Below are positions 25,549 to 34,923 of a stretch of 34,923 nucleotides of DNA, piece by piece. Origin of the DNA: Catajapyx aquilonaris (lineage: Eukaryota); contig JYFJ02004072.1 in the NCBI GenBank assembly GCA_000934665.2, positions 1-34,923 of the forward strand, in the 5' to 3' direction. Numbering within the stretch: the stretch's first letter is position 1; every line of letters starts with the position of its first letter. A program made the position numbers and the translations under genes. Below the pieces are notes generated by a model. The model was given only the letters and a program-made list of their open reading frames with translations, did not search any database and had not been told where the DNA came from.

Positions 25549-25684
25549 ACGTGGATGTCGAACGCCAACCAGGTGCTACTGCGGAATGCTCAGCCCGATT
25601 TGAGCGACCGTTTCCGTTGCGAGGTGTCCGCCGACGCCCCCTCTTTCCACACCGAAATCGTCTCTGCTCAAATGACCGTCGTGG
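25549..25684 (+). CDS. beat: Internal coding exon of a Beaten-path (Beat)-family immunoglobulin-superfamily cell-adhesion gene (second half of the first Ig domain); paralogue not assignable
   Basis: A polypyrimidine acceptor CCTCTCTTTTCCCCCTAG ends at 25548 (phase 0) and a perfect donor G|GTAAGT starts at 25685 (phase 1). The 136 nt translate to TWMSNANQVLLRNAQPDLSDRFRCEVSADAPSFHTEIVSAQMTVV, carrying the Beat-typical SN..QV.L and CEVSADAPSFHT motifs. Codons are GC3-rich. Confidence 0.92.
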
Positions 25685-26403
25685 GTAAGTGCTGTTCTTC
25701 CTCCAGAGTTAGAAAAGAGTGGGAGGGGCAAGGGGAAGGGAGGGAGAGAAAGAGAGAGAAAATGCCTTTAACCACCGATTCTGAACTAGGGGTCCGGAAA
25801 TCATAACTCGTGGGCGGGTGCGGGTAAGGATACCAAATGGCTCTCATTCGTCATGAAACCAATGCCATTGAATCCAGCTCAAATTTTCCGGTAGGGCAGC
25901 CGTAATGCTAGTTCCTTTCTTCTTTGGGGAGTTTGCGTCATGGACCGGAGGTTAGGGAGAGGGGTCGGATGAGAAAGTGCGAGAGGAAAGGGGACTGCTT
26001 AGTGCGATTATTTATAGTTGACGATACGCAGCTCGCTGGAATTTTCGCCTCCTGGAGTATTAGTCACACAACCTGTATGCATAGGCGCCGGGATGGGACT
26101 AGAAGGCAAGAGTTATTGCGCTATAATTAGTATATATGCAGGAAAATTAACGTTCGCTTGTTTTGGAAGCCATCAGTATTTCATATTGTAAAGCAGTCAG
26201 TTATCATGTCATGGTACGTTTCGATAACATACAGAAGCAATCCACTATGCTGATCATATTTTAAATCTAAATGTACACTCTAAAAATTGCAATATTTCAT
26301 GACACCATTTTCTGACAGGATCATATATTTGATTGAAAGAGCAGGAAGCATAAAAGAATAATTGAGCAGATAGGTGATCACTACATCCACATGCAGACGT
26401 TGA

Positions 26404-26750
26404 TTCGAAGTGAAAGAGGTTTGGAATCATGCAGCTTGCAGCCAGCTTCTAACGCCTGGTGACTTTCACCTTTTCGGTCAATGAAAAATGCACAGGGAGG
26501 AAAGGGGATGTTTGAAACGGCAGAGGAAGTGAAATTCGCAGTATGCTTGTGAGGCACTTCAGTCAGAAATCAGCTTTGCATGAGTTGCAGCACGGTCGCG
26601 GTCGTTTCATGAAACTTGTGAGAAGCGGGGGTAAATGTATATGGATGTTGGTGGTGCGTAAGTCTAGAGAGGCAGGCGCTGGTATTTTTTCACATGCACC
26701 GCACCGGTTTGATTTTTTCCCCATATCTGATCAATTCACAGAGTCGTGTA
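26404..26750 (+). pseudogene. Decayed mariner transposase C-terminal fragment plus probable 3' end of the element
   Basis: With one frameshift the translation is EVWNHAACSQLLTPGDFHLFG/MKNAQGGKGMFETAEEVKFAV, matching the mariner motif EVLxHPPYSPDLAPSDFHLFGPLKxxLGGxxFxxDEEVKxAV. Stops and frameshifts follow. Confidence 0.8.
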
Positions 26751-27071
26751 TTTCTTCCCTGATTGAAGTTACTTTAGCATCGCTACTTCTAGTAGTTATC
26801 GTAGGCATTAGCTGCTAATATTATGCCGAACTTACTTCAACCTCTGAACTACAAAGTATTTTCGATTAGGAATGGCCCATTCGAACAATGACAGAACACA
26901 CTGCGTGCATGACAGACCCCCTTCGCAGGCATTAAAAAGGATGGGTATAGAGTACACGTAACTTAATATTAACAGTTAATACTTTAATAGTCATTAAAAG
27001 TGTATTCAAAAGTAACTGATAAAATAAGCAACCTAGTGCCAATAAATAGCCACATTAGTCGGACAAGAATT

Positions 27072-27086
27072 TTGGATCACCCTGTA
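27072..27086 (-). mobile_element. Solo Tc1/mariner-type TIR end
   Basis: TTGGATCACCCTG-TA, with the same core as 15292-15306. Confidence 0.55.
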
Positions 27087-30045
27087 TACAATAATGAATG
27101 ATATCTTACTTTTAGCTCTTCCCGTGTTCTACATTATGTGTTAAAAAGATAACCCGAGTCTAACAAAGAATATTGCTACACAACAGAAATGATGTCCAGC
27201 CGTCCACCCACCATCTCCCTAAACAATGTAAAACATGAGAATGTCAATAAAAGTGTTCCCCACCGTTAACCTGACATTGTTAGAGGTATTCAAACAATCT
27301 CTAAACTAAACAATCTCAAATGACACTACCGCAAGTGTCTACTTGGCAGTTTCACTGTGTAGCATTAGAGAGGAAAAAGTGGTCAATATTATTTCCACAC
27401 TGTCCAGGCACAAACTGGGAAGTATCCATTAAATTCACACAATGAAGCTCACTGGATGTATAGTAAGTGACCACCCAACTTGAAAAATAGCATTTAAAAA
27501 TTTCCTAATTAATATTATGCGACATTAATAGTCATTGGCCTCAGTATTGTTTTGGAATGATTCCTTCTGCTTGAATCAGAACTGATCAGCATATAATCTA
27601 ATCCATTCTAGTCCAAACCTGACCACCTTACAGACTACAGCGTAAACGTTAGAGTACGCGGACAAACGCGCATTGCAGTATGTGGCTTACCGTAATCGGC
27701 TAGCCGCGTAGATTCTGGCGTTTAATTTCTTCTCGGTTACTCACTTGTTGGCCGTATCTCTACCCGGGGACTTAGGTTTGCGCAATTGTCCTGACATTTA
27801 CGTACAGCACACTGGCAGGACTGTGGAAGCTTAAACTGTCCTCGGAAATGATTATCAGTCGCATTAAATATGTCGCCGGAAGGGTCGGCTCTAACACTTT
27901 TCGTGATTTGGAATTCAGCCATCCCAACTCCACGGGTAGCCTAGAAAATAGTTTCCAATAAAAAAAGGGCCAGCATGAGACAAAATATCATGTTGAGCCC
28001 CGCCGTATAACACACCAGTAACAGTTTGCGCATAAGAAACGCAAAAGAGTTATGTCGCAGGGTGGGAGAATGCGAAAACTTTGGCCAAAACGCAGCTGAT
28101 ACTGCAGTCACCCATCCGGAATAACAATAAAGAAAGGTTCCAGGGGCCATTAGGTCCCATCTGGAGCTCATTGCCACGTCTCTCAAAGCCCCGTCCACGA
28201 AGGTCAGCTGCGGCCTTCTGGAATAATATTCTCGATTCCAAGCACGAGTTGCACTTGCTGTTCTCTCAGCATCCTGTGGAGAAAGTGGAAAAAATTGCTG
28301 GAAGACAAGACCGGAGTGATGTTATGGTGCTATTCGTGATTTAGGCTCTCCAGGAAACTCCCCCTTCCAAAAAGTTCACTAATGCACCTTGTGAAAAAGT
28401 CTGCTCATGGGACGCTCAAGGAAATAAGCAAGCAGGGGGATTACAATTTACACTCGTGTTTACAAGGACTAGCTGCATTCCAAAAGAGCAGAGATTCAAA
28501 CGAAACATTGCGACAAGTTGCAGTCCTTTTCAATGGTACTTGATTAGCATGGAAAAAGGGGAGCGAGGGGACCATTTTGTGCCAAGTTGGAACTTGAATG
28601 GTGTATAGGCCAAGCTTTTTTTTATGTGTCAAAATTGTCTTAAGAAAAGGATATATACGGTTTTTCTTCTAAAGGTGTCGTGGGGAACAAGTGAGTCTAA
28701 TTGGGCACTTAATCGTTGGGATGAGTGCCCGTTGGTTCTGCGTCTCTCGGGAATTAATACAAATTGCAGAAGGGTCAATATTGGCTCTCGTGATTGATGA
28801 GGGTACAGCGGACCTTTAAGGACTTTTATTGACCAGTGCCAACTTGATTAATTCTTTTGTGCGCTTACAGGAAGTCGTTCGTTATTAGACTATGCCTCAT
28901 GGCCTTAGTTGCCTTGGATACCTCGATCAAGTGAGTAGTTAGCTTCCACTCACAGTAGGCACTTGTTATCTGCGTGGATGGATAAATATTATGCGATTAA
29001 ATTATTTCCGGTGTACCTGTATGGTAGATGAAACAAACCATTGTGCATAGGCTATAGCTGAAGCCCTATTACTTGATAAAAGTAACTAATGCAGCCCAAT
29101 AACTGGTCACGTAATTTAAACAATGCAGTCCTGTAATGGTTTCCACCAGAAATTTCAGTTAGTGGTTGATTTGTATCATGTTATCAGCAAGCTGTGGCCA
29201 TAACTCGCCCAGTAACAGGCCAACAATCATAGCGGTATCGTTGCTAAACATTCAATTTAACGGTTTTAACTTGTACTCTTGGTGTCTTACCGCTAAGTGT
29301 TTTACAATTTCTCTTTTCAGTTTTTATAAATATCAATTTTACATATGAGTGATAGAAAATTTATTATACTGTATAGAAATGTAATAGTAAAAATATTGAA
29401 ATGCGGCTAGGACATACAATATTACTGTAAAATCTGTTGGCATGAAGTCGTGCCTCAATTTATTTTCCAAGATTGGCCACTTATATCTCCACTCGAAGTG
29501 TTCGTGTCTTAGTGATTTGCAACCTGATTGCAGAATTATTAGCGCAGATTCTGCAAGTCTTGCAAGCAATCTCAGTCGTTCCTATTGTCGGTGGGAATTT
29601 GGATTGCAATATTTTGTGAAAACCTCATTTTCAGCTAACAGAAGTCTCCCAATTCCCACCTCCCATTTCTTGTAAAAAAAAAGGGAAGAAAAGCGCGCAA
29701 CACGCTTACTTTGGTAAGAAAAAGGCGTCGGCCGGCAAATAAATATTCGCTGAAGCGAGTTTCCTATTCCGTGATTGATATTCGGTGGGGAGGAGGCAAA
29801 AGGCTTCCATTCCAAGCAGCCATGCATCCTCATTCGAGATGGCAAGAACATGGCGTGACTATGAAAAAGGAAAGGGGGCGTCCTTAACGCAACACACCAC
29901 TTGCTCTCAAATCCACATAAAAGATTTGCACATCAATCCTCATAAGTATCGCCACCTTCCAACTATTCCGCCTGTTACACTAGTAAAGTTAGATACGAAC
30001 AAATTAAGCACAAAACAGACAGATGTGCAGTGGTTCAGTGCATTA

Positions 30046-30280
30046 CAATCGTCTCAGGTTATCCGCGGTTTGAAAATATGAAAGAAATATTAATAAAACG
30101 TTTTAAAAATCAATCGTGTGTTTTAATTATAGTACACATTACTGACTTGTTATAATTACCCTATTGTTAACTGTTTTTGATGTATTAATGTGAATAACTT
30201 GGTAAATTGGCTTATACACGGGTTTTACTTATCAGCGGAGAAAGGCTTGGGCTAAATTACCGTGGATAACCTGGGGACTG
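30046..30280. mobile_element. pogo/Tigger-like MITE (~235 bp) with TA target duplication
   Basis: The left end reads TA-CAATCGTCTCAGGTTATCCGCGGT and the right end ACCGTGGATAACCTGGGGACTG-TA (reverse complement TA-CAGTCCCCAGGTTATCCACGGT). The interior is AT-rich. Confidence 0.75.
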
Positions 30281-31929
30281 TATTCATAATAGTCCTAATA
30301 GGTCTTTGAAAAATAATATCATAATACATCTAGTTATTACAAGTTATTGAGGATGATTATACCTGTGACGTTGTGTAATGGTAGGCTTGTAAGCGACGTT
30401 ACTTGCTATTAGGCAGAGTATAGAGAAAGTAATTCCCTGGTACTGCTATGATTTTAACTCGGTTAAGTCTTCAGAATCGATCACGCTTGTTCCATAAAAT
30501 GAACTTCCCCGTCGCCAATATTATCCCTTGCATAGTAGATTACTTGACTGCAAATAGAGTGACGCCTTTCTCGCCTGAGCTTCGGCGCCCATGCAACATT
30601 TATATTACCTACTTTCACTAATGCAGGCTTTATCCTCAATACACATAATGAAACCATTATTAATCACTGCTCCTACCGTATCAAACATGTAGTGCTATGT
30701 AACCATTCAGCTGTGCAAGCTTCGCCTGCATCACGAAGAAGTGTTACGAGGTTCTGGATGGTAACTGCAGACATTCACGTGATTCTGCTGCGGTAATGCC
30801 GGTTAAAATGAGCTGAAGCTGTTGATGGAAATGATGCAATTACTGCAGCAAAAAATGGAGTATTTCTGACTAGACTGAAAGAATAAAAGCCAGGTAGTAA
30901 ATCAAATAATAGTCGAGCATTGTCATTCATAGTAGTGACATTGAGGAATTAAGGCCCTCTCATTTAGTCTCAATTTATCTAGGCCGTTCCATAAATCAAC
31001 GTGAAGGCATTTTTACACGAGGCTATTTTACCTACATGGAGAAATTAAAGACCTGTGACGATAACAATGTGAAGGGTTCTTTTTTGAGTGACAAGCGATG
31101 GCTTACCTTTTCTTCGAGAAAAAAAAATCGAGCAAGGTTTTGTGAAGAGTGGCCCTCACTCGAGGATTAATTCTGACAGGTTTCGATCTAAAGAGGATTT
31201 CATTGATCAAGATAAATGGAGGATAAGGCAACTGCGCATTTATAAAGCTTCTGTGCATATCCTGTTCTACTAGGAGCTATTGAAGACCTGGCTCCCAGGA
31301 GGAAATGAGTGCATGAGATAGGGAATCTAACCTTCCAAAGGATTTGCCATGGATGAGAAGACGCTTTCAATACGATTGTTCCTGCAATTAATAATTTAAG
31401 GACAAGTAGACACGCATGTGACATGAAGCGCATTACTTTTTTTTGTAAAGTACATCCATAAGTATTATGAAAGGAAATAATCCCTTTGAAGGCTACGCTC
31501 CATTTATTTTTCCCCTTTTTTCCATCCCTCGGAAATCTATCGACAAGCAGTACAAATCAATTCGTCGGAGCCGATTATACGAGTTAAATCCCAGTCTGAC
31601 GAGAGATGCGCCTTTGTGCTACACACAGTCCCTGCATAAAATTGATTTTGATAGATGGTTGAGCTTGAATTTATTAATGTCTATCCCTTTCCGGTAGATA
31701 TACCAATTGTCACTGTTGAACTGCGTTTTCTTACGCCTGTATGGTCATTTGGATTCCGCTTATGAGTTACTCTGTGCGCATGAATTACTTCCATATTGAT
31801 TCAGAGCGTCACGCCCAACCAGTTTCAACACCGATATAAGAATGGTCAGAATGAGTACTTCATATTCGCTTGACTAACGTAACATTACCGTCATTTCCAA
31901 CCGCGCTTTGGCCGTAACTCTGAGTAATA

Positions 31930-32590
31930 TGCATCGTTGCTGTCATTGGCCAAGTGCCTCATGGCCCTCCTGTGGCTGCACGATTCCTTAAATCTTGTCC
32001 AATGCGACCAAATCTTTTGTCTGAGAATCGATTCATCCGGATGCTTCCAAATGCACCGTAGGGCTCCCTTTCAACAAATGCGCAGCTCGGGGATGTTGTT
32101 ATGGACCCCCGGACTAAAATATGTGACGCCAAATTTTCCGACCAAGAAACTCCCCGTTGCTATTAACATCGCTGATTTTGGGAGAATGGCTCATAAGGCG
32201 CTTATAGAACGACCTGGCCTGGACTCTTCCCCCGTATGTACGACCAGTGACCAAAACTATACACATTGCAGCTGGATAAGCGGAACCAAATAATCTGGTT
32301 GGGCCATGGATATGATGGCAGCACGCTATAGATTCATCACACCACTAGGTCAGACTGTGCTTTGCTCTGCCTGTCATGTCTAATGCACTGTTAATGCCTA
32401 GGACAACTCTACAGTGTACTCCACTGTACCTGGCATTCTCCGCTCGGGGTCTGATTTCATCACGTCGCCTGTTTTTGATGCCGAGTCAATCCGTCCTGAT
32501 GTGTGTTGGAGTTCAACCCAATATGATTTCTGACGTATTTTTAATACTCATACATCATAGTTTAGGTTCATTTTTGCGTTTATTGTGCTG
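31930..32590 (+). pseudogene. Decayed 3' part of an RNase H-bearing (I-group-like) LINE ORF2
   Basis: ORF 31937..32293 has LAKCLMALL..IDSSGCFQ..LLWTPG (cf. RNase H AE..AI..AL, SDS.S.LQ, FLWIPGH). It is followed in another frame by IWLGHGY (cf. RLRLGHG) and Cys/His-rich remnants. Very divergent. Confidence 0.45.
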
Positions 32591-32684
32591 CGGGACATGA
32601 CATAGTGCTGCCCGTATTATCAAAGATGGGCGCATTCAATGTAGGCCAAAATGAGTGGACTTCTACCTACCCCAGTAACACATA

Positions 32685-32979
32685 CACGAATGTTCAATAA
32701 AAGTCCGGTGGATGACATTTCTGTCCATTGCCATTGTTCTATGAATGTTCACTGAACGTATACAGTATATGTCTCATATCTGTACATTCACACACTTAAT
32801 TGTTAAGTTTCAATATATCCTTTCATAATTATACTGAATTTATCTTGTTGTCTAGTGTTACGCAGATCCGTTACCACACATTAATTTGACATTTCAAGGA
32901 CCTTGATAAATTGACAAAAATTCAGTGTCCAGTACTCAAATTCATTTTATGTTCACTAAACATTTTATTGAACACTGGA
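32685..32979. mobile_element. Probable Tc1/mariner-type MITE
   Basis: Perfect 12-bp IR TGTTCAATAAAA (32691-32702) / TTTTATTGAACA (32963-32974), each 5-6 nt inside a flanking TA. The interior is AT-rich. Confidence 0.5.
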
Positions 32980-33074
32980 TATTGACATTTCTAAACGTGC
33001 AATGAACACTGGTATGTTACTGGGTACCTGACATCGTGATGGCGAAAGAATGACAAGGTTTGACCTGGCCTGCC

Positions 33075-33090
33075 TACAGGGTGATCCAAC
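33075..33090 (+). mobile_element. Solo Tc1/mariner-type TIR end
   Basis: TA-CAGGGTGATCCAAC, the exact reverse complement of 15291-15306. Confidence 0.55.
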
Positions 33091-33703
33091 AATGGAGGTG
33101 AAAATACAGACAGCGGGACACACCAGCAATAGTGGAAGCATAATAAAAGTTGCCTTTGTTCTCTTCTGATCATGACTAATGTTACTGGACGCATGATGGT
33201 GACCAACGTGCCTGAAGACGCACTTATAATATGTGGCAAGAGCAGATTCAGTGGCAACGGAGGCATCAGAATGGGCCTCAGGTGACAAGCAAGAGCAAAT
33301 GAATAATAACATCGTAGTCATCGGTCTAAGACTAAGTGAAAAGTGAGAGTAGGCATTATCTCTCTACAGTGCCCGACTGGTATGTCGGATTCGGTCGGAT
33401 TACAGCATTAGCAACTACTGCATGTCCTTCTCTCCTCTAGCCCATATGACAGAACCGTGCATTCTTGTGTTGTCAAAAGTTTATCCTGCGCTTTCGACTG
33501 CCATACCAGGCAGAAAAGCATAAAAATATATATTTTAAAAATATGCGACTGGACGTCTGGTCGCTCTGAAGCTAATTATACCAATGCCCCAGTTGCCCTT
33601 TCCACGGCGACTGTCAACGTCATAGCCAAATAGGGTAAACTGTACAGTGATACCTCACCATACAGTGATGGCCCACTGCGCCTTGGTTATTTAAGAAATA
33701 GGC

Positions 33704-34205
33704 TGGTCATGGCTGCAGGAGGAGGACAGAAGTTGTCTATTGTGTGGAGAGGGAAGCGAGACGATGGAGCACATAGTCAGAGATTGCAGGGAGATGGAAA
33801 AGGAAAGGACGGATTGGCTGCAGGGGGTGGAACAAAAGCGTGGGGCCGACGTCTACCAATATGTGAATGATGTTAAAAAAGGGGGCACTATGTAAATACC
33901 TGCACAGTCTAGTTAAAAAGAGAAAGGACAAGGTTTTGGAGAAGATAGGGGAGGGGGTTGTGTAGGCTGGACCGAGGGAAGATGGAGAAAAAAAGGGGAT
34001 AGAGGGAAGACAGGGGAGGTGTGGTGGAAGAGATGAAGCGAGGGAGAAGAAAGATATGTATAGTATTGTAGTATTGTACTGTATTCTAGTGAAGTAGTGT
34101 GTTGTATTATGTTTCGCAAAAAAAATTTTTGTAGAGGGTCGGCCAAGCGGCACGAGCCGCAGACCGACCCTGGAATAAATAAACGCCTACAAACAAACAA
34201 ACAAA
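33704..34205 (+). mobile_element. 5'-truncated LINE (possibly RTE-X-like): CCHC zinc knuckle, 3'UTR, stem-loop, AATAAA and (ACAA)n tail
   Basis: The frame from 33704 reads WSWLQEEDRSCLLCGEGSETMEHIVRDCREMEKER (C-x2-C-x8-H-x4-C at 33734-33787). A purine-rich 3'UTR follows, then a GC hairpin at 34135-34171, AATAAATAAA and an ACAAACAAACAAACAAA tail. Candidate TSD AAATAGGC is at 33696-33703 and 34203-34210. The clade call is from memory. Confidence 0.85.
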
Positions 34206-34881
34206 TAGGCCGTGTAAATGCCATAACATGAAGAAATGATCATCGTGTGACACCTGTAGTCCCTGGCATAAACTAGGTCGAAAATCAATCCACAGCGGGC
34301 ATTGCAAGAGCAGTAATGGCATCTGACACAGAGACCTACTGGTCATGTTGTAATGCAGCTGGGAAATGCTATCTTTTTTCTTAAGGACGTTCTTGCATTT
34401 TAAGTGTGTTTCTGGTCTCATAAATATCCCGAAAGCAATGTGAGGTATATAAAAGTATTGGTCTAGAGGTGCTTTATTGAAGCATGGGATTGAAACCAGT
34501 CCCTTTGTTCAGGAGTATTAATTCATTAGGATGGCAATGACTGTCCAGCATTTCATGACTTTTCATAGTGATTGCTATGCCATGGCCATTACTGTGTTAG
34601 GCTTTTAAAATGTGAATGCCACATATGTTGGCCTAAGTATCATGATCACGCGAGTTATTCTTGGAGAGAAATGACAGCAATGATTTAGGAGGAAATACGC
34701 AGCAATAGCAAATCCATAGGCCTATCTTATTGTGTGTATCATCAGTGAATCAAGTATTGTCCCGCCATGCGGGTTACAGTCTGGCCAGGATAACTTTGAC
34801 CTCGCTCGGTAACCATCGACTACGCTTTCCTAGCTGCGTTTAATCGGCTACTCTTCTCTGGCGGAGTCACGTGGTGGTTGA

Positions 34882-34923
34882 AGGGGGAGGGGGGATAGAG
34901 GGGGCATGGGAGGGGGGGGGGGG
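34882..34923. repeat. G-rich low-complexity tract ending in poly-G at the window edge
   Basis: Directly visible. Confidence 0.85.

Noticed and set aside
25685..25806. C-terminal extension of ORF 25555..25806
   Set aside because: It reads through a perfect GTAAGT donor into purine-rich intron. The ATG at 25555 is an internal Met.
34882..34923. G-quadruplex-like tract at the window end
   Set aside because: It ends in poly-G at the sequence edge and may be a contig-end or sequencing artefact, like the poly-G gap at 5709-5730.
1..34923. CRISPR array, operon, prophage or other prokaryotic system
   Set aside because: No regularly spaced repeats and no gene-dense coding. The spliceosomal exon and insect-type transposon relics indicate a eukaryotic genome.

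Overview
This is eukaryotic DNA, not prokaryotic. It is most likely from a large-genome insect; a SINE resembling those I recall from cricket, cockroach and termite genomes suggests Polyneoptera (inference). The window is almost entirely non-coding and repeat-rich. The only convincing host coding sequence is a 136-bp internal exon (25549-25684, +) encoding the second half of an Ig V-type domain of a Beaten-path (Beat)-family cell-adhesion protein. I found no neighbouring exons, so the window probably lies within two long introns. The rest consists of decayed LINE fragments (RT, RNase H-like and CCHC ends), a mariner transposase relic, Tc1/mariner/pogo-type MITEs, one SINE, microsatellites and a 3-N assembly gap. 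The most unusual object is a short element present twice in opposite orientation (1619-1986 and 11811-12057). It has non-inverted unique termini, about 12-bp flanking direct repeats and an internal spacer-less palindrome of about 290 bp. Its arms are homogenised within each copy, and its core may be flipped between copies. Most ORFs in the supplied track are judged spurious. All family assignments come from visual motif recognition, not database searches.
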